NCBI GenBank assembly: GCA_965215635.1
Contig: CBDCEA010000004.1
Location: 731,157 to 795,156 of the forward strand
Direction of reading: 5' to 3'
DNA length: 64,000 bases
Origin: Alphaproteobacteria bacterium
GTDB taxonomy: Bacteria > Pseudomonadota > Alphaproteobacteria > SP197
Shown here piece by piece: positions 29,700 to 39,122 of the stretch. How positions within the stretch are numbered: the stretch's first letter is position 1; each line of letters opens with the position of its first letter. The translations under genes were made by a program, and so were the position numbers. Below the pieces are notes generated by a model. That model had not been told where the DNA came from, made no database searches, and worked only from the letters and a program-made list of their open reading frames with translations.

Positions 29700-30994
29700 A
29701 TGAGTGACGCGTTGGAAGAGCATCGGAGGGCGGTAGCGCTGTTCCGGTTCGAGGTCCTGGCACCGGTGTTGAACGAGCCGTCGGACCGGACGGCTTCGCT
29801 GATCCGTGTGCAGGCGGCGAAGGTGTGGGACATCCCGGGCAGCAGCCGGATGCGGGTCGCCGAAGGGACGATCTACGACTGGCTCCGACTGTATCGTGCG
29901 CGGGGCTTCGATGGGCTGCTGCCGAAGAGCCGCCGCGACCGGGCGAAGCCGCGGCGGATGCCGCCGGATGTGGTCGATGCGGTGCTGTCGATCAAGGGGA
30001 AGGCCCCCGAGCTGAGCATCCGGCAGGTGATCCGGAAGGCGCGGGAGACGGATGCGGTGCCGCAGGATGTCCCGCTGCCGCCCTCGACGTTGCACCGGCT
30101 GTTCACGCGTGAGGGGCTGATGGTGCGGGAGCAGCAGGGGCCGCAGAAGGACCAGCGGCGCTGGGCGTTTCCGTATGCCGGCGATCTCTGGCAGTCGGAC
30201 GTGATGCACGGACCTGCGGTGCGCGACGAGCGCGGGCGCATGCGGAAGACGTATTTGCTCGCCGTCCTGGACGACGCGACCCGGCTTGTCCCTCACGGCG
30301 CATTCATGTTCTCGGAGAACGCGTCGGCGTTCCTGCAGGTGTTTCGGGAGGCGGTTCAGCGCAGGGGCATCCCCCGGCGCCTGTATGTGGACCTCGGCGC
30401 GTGCTACCGCTCGCAGCAATTGGCCATGGTCTGCGCCAGACTGGGCGTCGCATTGATCCATGCACGCGCGTTTCATCCGGCTGGAAAGGCAAGATCGAAC
30501 GACACTTCCGGACCACACGGTCACAGTTCATGCCCCTGGTGGGCGATGCGGCGACGCGCAGCCTGGCGGCGCTGAACCGGACGTACTGGACCTGGCTGGA
30601 GGGGGAGTACCACCAAGCCCCGCATCGCGGGCTCGACACCCTGTCGCCGCTGGACAAGTGGGCACAGTGCGGTGAGCGCGTCCGCCACGCCGGGCCGGAG
30701 ATCGATCTCGAGGATCTGTTCCTGTTCGAGGCAACGAGGCTCGTCTCCAAGGCACGCACCGTGAGTCTCGGCGCCCGGCTCTACGAGGTCGACGCGGCGC
30801 TCTGCGGCCAGCGGGTCGTCCTCCGCTTCGATCCTCTGGCTCCTCCGGAACGCCCGATGCAGGTCGTCCACGAGGGCAAGCCGGCGGGCGTTACAACGCC
30901 GCTCGACCTGCACGGCAACGCCCGCGCGAAGCGGGGTGGACCGTCGCAGCCGCTCTCCTTCCGCTCGCTCGACGACGAGAAGGAGGACGCGTGA
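29700..30994 (+). pseudogene. Mu/TniA-like DDE (rve) transposase, frameshifted
   Basis: ORFs 29700..30575 and 30401..30994 give an HTH N-terminus, then WQSDVMHG...YLLAVLDDATR (DDE), then HP-AG-KGKIERHFRTT. That last block is reached only after a -1 shift at GGAAAGG (about 30485). Confidence 0.7.
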
Positions 30995-31794
30995 TGCACA
31001 AGCACCACTTCGCGCTCAAGCACTATCCCTTCGAGCGCACCCTGCACGCGGACGAACTCTTCGAAGGCGAGGCCCAGGGCGAGGCCCAGTCACGCATCCG
31101 GCATTTGCTGGAACTGCGCGGGATCGGCCTGCTCACCGGGGAAGCCGGCAGCGGCAAGACAACCGTCTGCCGCAAGGCCGCCTCGGGCCTGCACGCCGGC
31201 CTGTTCCGCGTCCACTACGTCTCCCTGTCCACCGGAAGCGTGCTCGACACCTACAACACCATCGCCAGCGAGTTCGGCCTGCCCGCCTTCGCCGGACGCG
31301 CCGCAGCCTACCGCGCCATCCGCGCCGAAGTCTCGCGCATGGTGGCAGAATCGAAGCAGCTGCCGGTCCTCGTCTTCGACGAGGCGCACCACCTCCGCAA
31401 CGAGATCCTCGAGGAACTCAGGCTCCTCACCAACTACCTGATGGATGCCGAGAAGCGGCTCTGCCTGCTGCTGGTCGGCCTGACAGAGCTGCGCCGCAGG
31501 CTCGCCAAGTCCGCCCATGAGTCCCTCGCGCAGCGCATCGTGGTCCGCTTCCACCTCGGCGGCTTCAGCCGCGAGGAAGTCGGTGCATACATCGAACACC
31601 GGTTGCGCCTCGCCGGAGCCACTGTGCCGATCTTCGAGCCCGGCGCCATCGAGGCCATCGCCCTGGCCAGCAATGGCTTCCCAAGGCGCATCGACCGCAT
31701 CGCGCACTACGCGCTGCACGCTGCGACCGCCGCCGAGGCGCGCACCGTGGACATCAGCCATGTGGAGGCTGCCAACGCCGAGCTGGGTCCATGA
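30991..31794 (+). CDS. TniB/ExeA-like AAA+ ATPase (transposition helper)
   Basis: The 267-aa ORF has Walker A GEAGSGKTT and Walker B PVLVFDEAHHL, with the ExeA/TniB-like layout. Its start overlaps the transposase stop, and its stop overlaps the next ORF. Confidence 0.75.
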   Translation: MMHKHHFALKHYPFERTLHADELFEGEAQGEAQSRIRHLLELRGIGLLTGEAGSGKTTVCRKAASGLHAGLFRVHYVSLSTGSVLDTYNTIASEFGLPAFAGRAAAYRAIRAEVSRMVAESKQLPVLVFDEAHHLRNEILEELRLLTNYLMDAEKRLCLLLVGLTELRRRLAKSAHESLAQRIVVRFHLGGFSREEVGAYIEHRLRLAGATVPIFEPGAIEAIALASNGFPRRIDRIAHYALHAATAAEARTVDISHVEAANAELGP

Positions 31795-32718
31795 GGGATC
31801 GCAGCACGCTGCGGGCCGACGCGCTCCGCGGCATTCCCCTGGAGCGCGTCGCCGCCGCCCTCGGATACCACCGCGACAGCCGCGACCATACACGCTGGAA
31901 GCGTCCCGGGCTCCATCCTCAGCATCAATGGCGCCAAGTTCTACGATCATCTCACCGGACAGGGAGGCGGCGGCGCCATCGACCTCGTCCTGCATGCCAG
32001 CGACTGCTCCTTCCTGGAGGCCCTCGAAGCCCTTGCCAACATCGTGCCGACCTGCGGCAGGCCCGCCGGCAAGCCGTTGCAAGAGCGCCTCGACCCCGCC
32101 TCCTGGCCCGCCGTGCTGCACTACCTCGCCCGGCACCGCAGCCTCGATCCCGCAATCCTCGACGCAGGCTTCCGGCAGCGCATCCTCGGCGCCGACCAAC
32201 GCGCCTACGCCGTCTTCATCACACGCGATGCCGACACCAACCCCGCCGGAGCCGAACTGCTCGGCACCCGCCCGCAGCGCCCCTTCCGCGGCATGGCGCC
32301 CGGTTCACGCAAAACCAGGGGCGGGTTCTGGATTGCCCGCCGGACGCCGCCCCGATCCGCCCTCATCGTCGAAAGTGCCGTCGACGCACTCTCCGCCTTC
32401 GAACTCCCCTGCATGCAGGACATCGACCTCTTCCTCTCCACCGCCGGCCTCGCGACGCGCATACCACCATGGATCAACGCCTTCCAACTCCAGGACATCG
32501 CCTGCGGATACGACGCAGATCCCCCCGGAGATCAGGCCGCCGAGCGTCTCATCCGCACAAACACAAACCTCCGGCGCATTCGACCCATCGGCGAAAAGGA
32601 TTGGAACGACATCCTGCAATCACGAAAACGCGATGCTCGCCTGAACCCGGCGCCAAAACACGAACACACGGTTCCCGATAACGCACCCCGATACACAGGC
32701 CGAACCTGCCACCGATAG
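31791..32718 (+). pseudogene. DUF3991/Toprim-domain protein, frameshifted
   Basis: ORF 31791.. (MRDRSTLRADALRGIPLERVAAALGY...RWKRPG) continues as SILSINGAKFYDHLTGQGGGGAIDLV only after skipping 1 nt near 31911, joining the ORF 32044..32718 frame. The Toprim part is LIVESAVDALSAF...ACGYDADPPGD. Confidence 0.6.
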
Positions 32719-32821
32719 GACAACGCCGGAAGCCGACGCAACCCACTGCCCTCCTGCCGGGAAAGAAAATCCCTTCCCGAAAGCGATCGCTCCAACAAAA
32801 CCGGAAGAACGTGGGAAAATC

Positions 32822-33195
32822 TGTCCCATTCCATTCGGATTAATCCGGAAATACCATTCCGACTTAATGAGAAAAACAACACCTGTTCTGCGCCAGCCAA
32901 GACCTGCAGACGGTCCTGCGCTGCCACATCGACGCCTTCGCCGCGATGGGCGGCGCGCCGTCCGAGGTGCTCTACGACCGCATGAAGACGGCGGTTACCC
33001 GCGAGAACCGGCGCGTCGGCATCGGGCTGAAGACCGCGCGGCTGAACCCGCCGAAAACGCTCGAGAGCTTCGACTTCGCCTTCCAGCCGTCGCTCAACCG
33101 CAACCGTATCCTGGCGCTCGCCCAACTCAACTTCGTTGCCCGTGCCGAGGTCGTCCACCTCCTCGGCCCGCCCGGCACCGGAAAAAGCCACCTTT
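32822..33195 (+). mobile_element. IS21-family remnant (terminal repeat block plus an IstA fragment fused to an IstB fragment)
   Basis: TGTCCCATTCCATTCGGATTAATCCGGAAATACCATTCCGACTTAATGAG resembles an IS21 multi-repeat end. It is followed by an IstA-like piece (HIDAFAAMGGAPSEVLYDRMKTAVT) joined directly to an IstB-like piece (ARLNPPKTLESFDF...VVHLLGPPGTGKSHL). Confidence 0.55.
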
Positions 33196-33365
33196 CTCTG
33201 AGCTCGTTCTTTGCCTCGTCGAGCCGGTGAATCCGGCTATGCCGCAGATGATGCAAATTGTATGCATCTAGATGGATTCAAACCCCGTTGAAAAACGCCG
33301 CAGATGAACGCCGATTTTTTCGGAGGATTTGGCGCGAGTTGCGGCAACCAGACCGCGGCAAAGCG

Positions 33366-34553
33366 TTATTCCCCCACCCTAAAGGCAAGCATGATGGTGG
33401 TGCGGTCGACGGAGCCGACAAGAAGGCCATCTTCGTCGACGACGGGCACGCGTTCGTCGGTGCGCGCAGCTACCGTAATGAGCTCCTCGAACTTGGTGTC
33501 AGGAAGGGTTGTCGGCAGGTGATTGCGGGTAAGCGTCTTGGCCTTTGCGCCCGCGGCGGCCGATTCGAGCTCGCTATTCGCGAGCGAGCCGACGAACCTG
33601 CCATCGTTGTCCACCACGAACGCGATCGACGCGCACGCATCGGCGATCTTGTTGCGGGTCGTTTCCAGGCCGTCGGTTGCCAACACGACGCAGTGCTCCT
33701 GGGTCATGACGGTGCGGGCGGTCAGCACCTTGTGGCGCGGGACCTCCTCCGTGAACTCCCGGACGTAATCGTCCGCAGGTTGCAATACCAGCTCTTCCGG
33801 CGTACCCACCTGTGCGATGACTCCGTCCTTCATGATCGCGATGCGGTCGCCCATCTTGATGGCCTCGAGGAAATCGTGGGTGATGAAGATCATCGTCTTG
33901 TGGACCAGGGATTGGATTTTCAGCAGCTCGTCTTGCATGCCCCTGCGGATCAGAGGGTCCAAAGCGCTGAACGGCTCGTCGAAGAGCAGGATCTCGGGGT
34001 CCACGGCGAGTGCGCGCGCAAGACCGACCCGCTGCTGCATGCCGCCGCTCAGCTCTTGGGGATAGTGGCGGTCCCAGCCCGATAGACCGACGAGCTCCAG
34101 CACCTGCATCGCCTTATCCATTCGCAACTTCTTCTTCATCCCCTGCACCTCGAGGCCATAGGCGATGTTGTCGATCACCCGGCGGTGGGGAAACAGCCCG
34201 AAGTTCTGGAACACCATGCTCATCTTGTAGCGCCGAAACTCGGTGAGCTGCTTGTTGTCCATCGCCACCACGTCCTCGCCATCGATCACCACCTGGCCGT
34301 CGGTCGGCTCGATCAGACGCGAAATGCATCTCACCAGGGTGGACTTGCCGCTGCCCGATAAGCCCATGACGACGAAGGTCTCCCCCTGATCGACATCGAA
34401 AGAGATGCCCTTGACCGCCACCACATGGCCGGTCTGCTCCAGAACCTCATTTCGGGATAGGGTTGGGTCGAGCTGCTCTTTGACGCGTCGGGCATGGCGG
34501 CCGAAGACCTTCCAGATGTCGCGGCATGAGATCTTTGTTTCCATTCCCATCAC
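33366..34553 (-). CDS. proV: glycine betaine/proline-type ABC transporter ATP-binding protein with tandem CBS domains (ProV/OpuAA-like)
   Basis: The 395-aa ORF has [35 protein letters not shown], and a C-terminal CBS pair. No cognate permease or binding-protein gene is adjacent. Confidence 0.85.
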   Translation of the reverse strand: MMGMETKISCRDIWKVFGRHARRVKEQLDPTLSRNEVLEQTGHVVAVKGISFDVDQGETFVVMGLSGSGKSTLVRCISRLIEPTDGQVVIDGEDVVAMDNKQLTEFRRYKMSMVFQNFGLFPHRRVIDNIAYGLEVQGMKKKLRMDKAMQVLELVGLSGWDRHYPQELSGGMQQRVGLARALAVDPEILLFDEPFSALDPLIRRGMQDELLKIQSLVHKTMIFITHDFLEAIKMGDRIAIMKDGVIAQVGTPEELVLQPADDYVREFTEEVPRHKVLTARTVMTQEHCVVLATDGLETTRNKIADACASIAFVVDNDGRFVGSLANSELESAAAGAKAKTLTRNHLPTTLPDTKFEELITVAARTDERVPVVDEDGLLVGSVDRTTIMLAFRVGE

Positions 34554-34583
34554 TCAAGCTTCTTGTCGCAGACGCGGTCGACG

Positions 34584-34928
34584 CTATGAGGGCTGACATC
34601 TTAGCAGTATGGCCGATCGTGGCACCTCCCGGACCCCATCCCGCAACGCCGCCTGTTCCTCTTCCGTCAGCACCAGGGGATGACGGTCCGGATCGTCGGC
34701 GAGCGCTAGCTCCACCACATAGCGCGACACGGTCTTCTCCGCCGCCGCCGCGCGCTCCCGGATCATCGCCTGCTCCGCCGGGTTGCAGTGCAGGCTCCGC
34801 TGCCGCCTGCCGGGCCGCCCCGCCTCCTCCGTCACGGCCCGTCCTCCCCAGCCGGCCCCACCGCCTTCCAGCGGTTCGCCGCGCCGGGATCGGTCAGCCG
34901 GTCCAGCATGCCCTCCCGGTCGATCCAT
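34584..34928 (-). CDS. small ribbon-helix-helix, MobC-like protein
   Basis: The 114-aa ORF has the core RRQRSLHCNPAEQAMIRERAAAAEKTVSRYVVELAL, matching the basic-stretch/strand/helix-helix pattern of MobC-like RHH proteins. It is a paralog of the next ORF. The start codon is uncertain. Confidence 0.5.
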   Translation of the reverse strand: MDRPGGHAGPADRSRRGEPLEGGGAGWGGRAVTEEAGRPGRRQRSLHCNPAEQAMIRERAAAAEKTVSRYVVELALADDPDRHPLVLTEEEQAALRDGVREVPRSAILLRCQPS

Positions 34929-34960
34929 TCGTCAACCGCGTCGCAGGCGTCCTCCCAGGC

Positions 34961-35290
34961 CTATCCGGCGCCGGCCTCGCGCAGCCGCCTCTCCTCAAGC
35001 CTGGACAGCACCAGCATCTCGCGCACAGCCCGGCGCAGAACCTCTGGCGGCAGAGAGTCCCGATCCAGCGCGCGATGAATCACGAAGCGCGACAGATCCA
35101 TGCCGCTCGCCGCGGCTGCCCGGCCGATCCGTTCCCACTCCGCATCGGTCGCCATCACGGCGCGCTGGCGGCGCCCGCTGGCATCCTCCCTCATCGCAAC
35201 TGTTCGCCCGAAAGGACTTGCGGCGGCTGCGACACACCGGGTCCCGATCTCGGAAGCCTGGTCACAGAAGAGTCCTACGCAATTACTCAT
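34961..35290 (-). CDS. small ribbon-helix-helix, MobC-like protein
   Basis: The 109-aa ORF has the core RRQRAVMATDAEWERIGRAAAASGMDLSRFVIHRAL, the same pattern as ORF 34584..34928. The start codon is uncertain. Confidence 0.5.
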   Translation of the reverse strand: MSNCVGLFCDQASEIGTRCVAAAASPFGRTVAMREDASGRRQRAVMATDAEWERIGRAAAASGMDLSRFVIHRALDRDSLPPEVLRRAVREMLVLSRLEERRLREAGAG

Positions 35291-35455
35291 GAGTGAACGT
35301 ATCGTATCGTTACTATGTTGCGCCTGGAACCCAACCGTTGTCAGATCTGGATCCTACAGTTCTTCCAGCCCAGATTCCACCCCCACATCCCCAAATGCAA
35401 CTCCTCAGCACCACACCATCCACACTTATGTCGTCCCAACTGCCCCCATCCGCCC

Positions 35456-35484
35456 TTGACATCGCTCCTAACCCTCTGTACTAT
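35456..35484 (+). promoter_or_regulatory. sigma70-like promoter candidate (TTGACA-17 nt-TACTAT)
   Basis: TTGACA at 35456-35461, an exact 17-nt spacer, and TACTAT at 35479-35484. It points toward the TatD-like gene about 155 nt downstream, inside the AT-rich segment. Confidence 0.35.
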
Positions 35485-35640
35485 AACCCTCTTATCAGGA
35501 GGAAACTACTATTTTACGTAACCGTCACAGCACCAAAAATCACGTTTCTAATGTGCACACCTTAACTTCGCTGCCAAACTGTACACAATGTGGGACCACC
35601 TCAGATTGAGGTTCAAAATACTTTACGAAAGGAGACTGAA

Positions 35641-36429
35641 ATGTTTGCCGACGGCCATAACCAGCTAGGGACATTTTCCGATGAGGAGATAGATGGCATC
35701 CTTCATAGGGCCAAGGCTGCCGGGCTGGAGTTTATGGTTATATCAGGGCTGGATTTAAAGTCATCGGAGAAGACGTTGATGATGGGGCAGAGGGATAAAG
35801 CTCTATGGCCTCAAATAGGGATTTACGGTTGGTGGGCGCAGGAATTAGACGCATCCACTTATCCCAAATTGAAGGATCTGGCAAAAAGAGATGAGGTGGT
35901 GGCTATAGGGGAGATAGGGCTGGATTATACTGTTGACCCGGATAGGGAAACCCAGAAGCGATGTTTTGCAGAACAGGTGAAATTAGCTAAGGAGTTGGGA
36001 TTACCCCTGTCTCTGTATACCAATACCCAGGAGGGCTATCAAGATGTGGTAAATATCCTATACAAAGAAAAAGCCGAAGGGCTGGGTGCGGTGTTTAACA
36101 CCTTCGATCGTTTTATGCTGAACTCTCAGCGCGGTTATAAGCCTGTCCTTAAGAATTGGCTGGATATGGGCTATTACGTATCTCTCAGCCCTGGCCTGTT
36201 GCACTCTGAGGAGCCTGCCCTTATGCAGCAAGTCAAAGAGATACCGCTTGATAGACTTATCATCGAGAGCGAGGCCTATAACGACCCAGTCGCCAGCGAA
36301 AGGTACGCTGAGCCAGCAGAGGTTGTGGCAGTGGCAGAAAGGGTAGCCCAAATAAAGGACACCACCCCTGAAGAGATAGGAAGGGTAACAATCGAAAATA
36401 TAAAACAGCTCTATAAAAAAACCCGTTAA
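35641..36429 (+). CDS. TatD-family hydrolase-like protein with degenerate metal-ligand motifs
   Basis: The ATG at 35641 follows AAAGGAG. The IGEIGLDY motif is conserved. However, the N-terminal DxHxH is DGHNQL, the later His positions read YTNTQ and FNTFD, and ETDaP reads ESEAYN. Codon usage is AT-rich, unlike the rest of the window. Confidence 0.7.
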   Translation: MFADGHNQLGTFSDEEIDGILHRAKAAGLEFMVISGLDLKSSEKTLMMGQRDKALWPQIGIYGWWAQELDASTYPKLKDLAKRDEVVAIGEIGLDYTVDPDRETQKRCFAEQVKLAKELGLPLSLYTNTQEGYQDVVNILYKEKAEGLGAVFNTFDRFMLNSQRGYKPVLKNWLDMGYYVSLSPGLLHSEEPALMQQVKEIPLDRLIIESEAYNDPVASERYAEPAEVVAVAERVAQIKDTTPEEIGRVTIENIKQLYKKTR

Positions 36430-36692
36430 TTCAGAAGCCCTAGTCGGCAATGGTGGACGAAATCTCCTTCAAGGCTCCCCCAATAATATGCCTAGGAGCA
36501 TTCTTAGCGAACATACTCTCGGTCATCGCCTTTGCAGAGCTGGGCAGGCTCTTGACAATGTTGGTCGGTGAAGTCTTATACCAACCGACTGAACTGCTGA
36601 CTCTGTAATCGATTCCCATGGCGGGGCCGATGTTATTCTCTTAGAGTACGACTCATAAGTCATTGATATCATTATGTATAATTCTCATACCC

Positions 36693-37259
36693 TTATCCCC
36701 GCGCCACACGGCGCATCAGAAAACGGCAGGCCGCCAGGCGACACCATGCCAGAGAACTCGCAAGACTCCGCTCATAATCCTTCGACAAACGCCGGCAGCG
36801 GGACATCCAGGCAAAGGTCCGTTCGACGACCCAGCGGCGGTACAGGACCGTGAAACCTTTGATATCCTCGGGCTTCTCGATAATCTCCAAAGCCTCCCCC
36901 AACCCCATCTCGGCAAGCCGAGCCTGCAGTTTCGGGCCCTGGTAGCCACCATCCGCCCACAACTTCTCGACCGCCGGGGCCTTGTTCATCAGCTCTTCGA
37001 TCACATCCGGCGCCCCATCGCGGTCCTGAACCGAGGCCTCATGCACCGTCATCGCGATCGGCGTGCCCTCAACGTCAACCGCAATGTGCCGCTTGCGCCC
37101 CTTGATCTTCTTGCCCGCATCATAGCCGGCCGGACCGCCGCTTTCCGTCGTCTTCACCGTCTGGCTGTCGATCGCCGCAGCCGTCGGCTCCAGATCGCGC
37201 CCCGCCAACTGTCGCGCTTGCTCACCCAGCACGTCCAGCAACTTCTCCAGGACCCCACT
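36693..37259 (-). pseudogene. IS5-family transposase, C-terminal part
   Basis: ...GVLEKLLDVLGEQ...IDSQTVKTTESGGPAGYDAGKKIKGRKRHIAVDVEG...ADGGYQG...RWVVERTFAWMSRCRRLSKDYE. It joins in frame to the N-terminal part at 44344-44610 once IS21 and one copy of CCCACT are removed. Confidence 0.8.
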
Positions 37260-37781
37260 TGCGGAATCCGACGGACTTGACCAAGAATCCAATTTCACTT
37301 GAGCAAGAGTCCAATCGCACTTGAGCAAGAATCCAACGGACTTGACGCGCGCAGCGCGCAGCCTGTTGTCTCTCCGTGTTCTGTGTCGGCAACCTCTCAG
37401 TCCGTGGTTTTTGAGTGACGGCCGCAGGCCGCTTCTTTGTCAAGCACAAAGTTCCAGGGGGTGGGGCCGGACTGAACCCCTCAGTCCGGTCCGGGGCCGG
37501 CCCTGCCGCCGGGTATGGGCCTTATGAAGAGGACGCCGCAGGCGCCGACGCTTCGGCGTCAGCCGGAGCGCAGCCCCCGAGAGCGTCGCGTCGGTATCGG
37601 CCCGCGAGGCATCGATCATGGCCCCGAGACCGTTCAGCCTGGCCCGTCATCCCCGGCCAGCGACCGCGCCACATGACGCGTGCCTGTCGATCCTCCCTGG
37701 TCCTGCTGTCAAGGTCCTCTGTCGTGCAATCGAGGCGGTGGTGATGGCCTGGCTGAGCGTATGTTGGGGCTGCGCCGGGGC

Positions 37782-37793
37782 CGTTACGTAACG
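37782..37793. promoter_or_regulatory. perfect 12-bp palindrome CGTTACGTAACG (copy downstream of the small ORF)
   Basis: Read directly from the sequence. The identical 12-mer occurs at 38133-38144 and 48887-48898. Confidence 0.6.
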
Positions 37794-37859
37794 AACGACA
37801 AGGAAGATCCACGGTGTTGCGTGACGGGTCCATGCGACGGCATTGACCGACGGCCGCCG

Positions 37860-38100
37860 TCAATCGCGGCCGAAGCCCCGTGGCAGATCGAAGGATCTCG
37901 TCGAGACGCTCGGCCGTGGGCGACGCCTCGAGCGCCTTGGGTATCGCGTCGCGCCAGGCCTGCCAGGCGTTGCGCAGCGTGATGATGGTTGCGATGGCGT
38001 CGTGCCACTGTTGATGACGCGTCCGTCGGTCCCGCCTGTCGTGGACGCGTGGCTGCCGTTCGCGATATCGCCGTTGCCGTTCGACATTTGACAATGCCAT
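37860..38100 (-). pseudogene. small basic-N-terminus protein, paralog of ORF 48583..48870 (apparent +1 frame break near 37893)
   Basis: The ATG at 38100 follows AGGAGG. The product starts MALSNVERQRRYRERQ...W-x-DAIATIITL...ERLDEIL. The conserved C-terminal FDLPRGFGRD plus stop (37860) is only in the +1 frame. The uninterrupted frame would instead run on to 37522. Confidence 0.55.
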
Positions 38101-38132
38101 GCCATCCTCCTGACTTTACGTCTGTTTTGGTT

Positions 38133-38144
38133 CGTTACGTAACG
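38133..38144. promoter_or_regulatory. perfect 12-bp palindrome CGTTACGTAACG, candidate operator
   Basis: It lies 33 bp upstream of the ATG at 38100. The same motif sits upstream of the paralog at 48870. Confidence 0.6.
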
Positions 38145-38204
38145 GTGTGCAGTCGGGCCCGCCACCGTTTACCGTTGCGCGCGACGGAGTCCTGGTGACG
38201 AGGA

Positions 38205-38969
38205 TCAATGTGTTGGCCGGGGATCGTCGATCGGTGGCGGCTTGAGCAGCTTGCGCCGGGATTCTCCGGTCAGGGTAATGTGGTGGCCGTAATGGACGAT
38301 GCGGTCGAGGATCGCGTCCGCGATGGTGCTTTCGCCAAGCACATTGTGCCAGGCGGACACCGGCAACTGTGAGACGATCATGGTCGAGCGCCGGGCACTG
38401 CGTGGCTCGATGAGCTCGAGGATGTCGCGCCGGCCCTGAGGCGAGAAGTTCTGAAGTCCCCAATCGTCGAGAATCAACAAATCGACCGTGGTCAGCCGGC
38501 GCATCAGCCGGATGTAGTTGGTGCCGCCCCGTCCGGCATCCAGCGAGAGCACCAGGTCCGGGACCCGGAGATAGGCGACAGAGCGGTTCTGTCGGCAGGC
38601 CTGGTTGGCGAGGGCGCAGGCAAGGATCGTCTTGCCCACCCCGGTCGCGCCGACGACCGTGAGATTGGCGCCGGCATGGATCCAGCCTCCAGTCGCGAGG
38701 TTCAGCAGCGTCGTCCGGGTGATGCCACGCCCGGCACTGCAGTCGATATCGGCGATATCGGCCCGCTCGCGCAGTTGCGCCTTGCGCAGGCGGGCGAGAT
38801 AGCTGCGGTCGTTGCGCTGCTGGCGCTCACGCTCGAGCAGCATGACCAGCCGGTCATCGAAGCCGAGTTTGGCAAAGTCCGGGCTCTCAGCGTGCTCCTG
38901 ATAGGCTTCAGCCATGCCGGCGAGCTTCAGCGAATAGAGGATTTCGACGATCGGGTTGCTCAGGCTCAT
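38205..38969 (-). CDS. istB: IS21-family helper ATPase IstB
   Basis: The ATG at 38969 (MSLSNPIVEILYSLKLAGM) overlaps the original istA stop (ATGA). Walker A is VGATGVGKT and Walker B is LLILDDWG. Confidence 0.9.
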   Translation of the reverse strand: MSLSNPIVEILYSLKLAGMAEAYQEHAESPDFAKLGFDDRLVMLLERERQQRNDRSYLARLRKAQLRERADIADIDCSAGRGITRTTLLNLATGGWIHAGANLTVVGATGVGKTILACALANQACRQNRSVAYLRVPDLVLSLDAGRGGTNYIRLMRRLTTVDLLILDDWGLQNFSPQGRRDILELIEPRSARRSTMIVSQLPVSAWHNVLGESTIADAILDRIVHYGHHITLTGESRRKLLKPPPIDDPRPTH

Positions 38970-39013
38970 GATCCGTCCTCCTCGTCGCTCCGGTAGTAGC
39001 TGCTGCCGCGGAT

Positions 39014-39035
39014 ACCATGCCGATATCGGCATGGT
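39014..39035. repeat. perfect 22-bp palindrome ACCATGCCGATATCGGCATGGT at the RIT/IS21 junction
   Basis: Read directly from the sequence. It lies between the IS21 CGGAT (39009-39013) and the RIT inverted repeat. A related half-motif TTATGCCGATATCG occurs at 42387-42400. Confidence 0.7.
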
Positions 39036-39076
39036 ATCCGTAATGCCGACATCCTGATTATGCCGCGTGGACCGCC
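39036..39076. repeat. RIT terminal inverted repeat (istB-proximal end)
   Basis: ATCCGTAATGCCGACATCCTGATTATGCCGCGTGGACCGCC is the exact reverse complement of 42433-42473. Confidence 0.85.
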
Positions 39077-39122
39077 AGACACCTTGCTGATGCAGACCGC
39101 CGGAGGCGGTCCATCGGCATAA

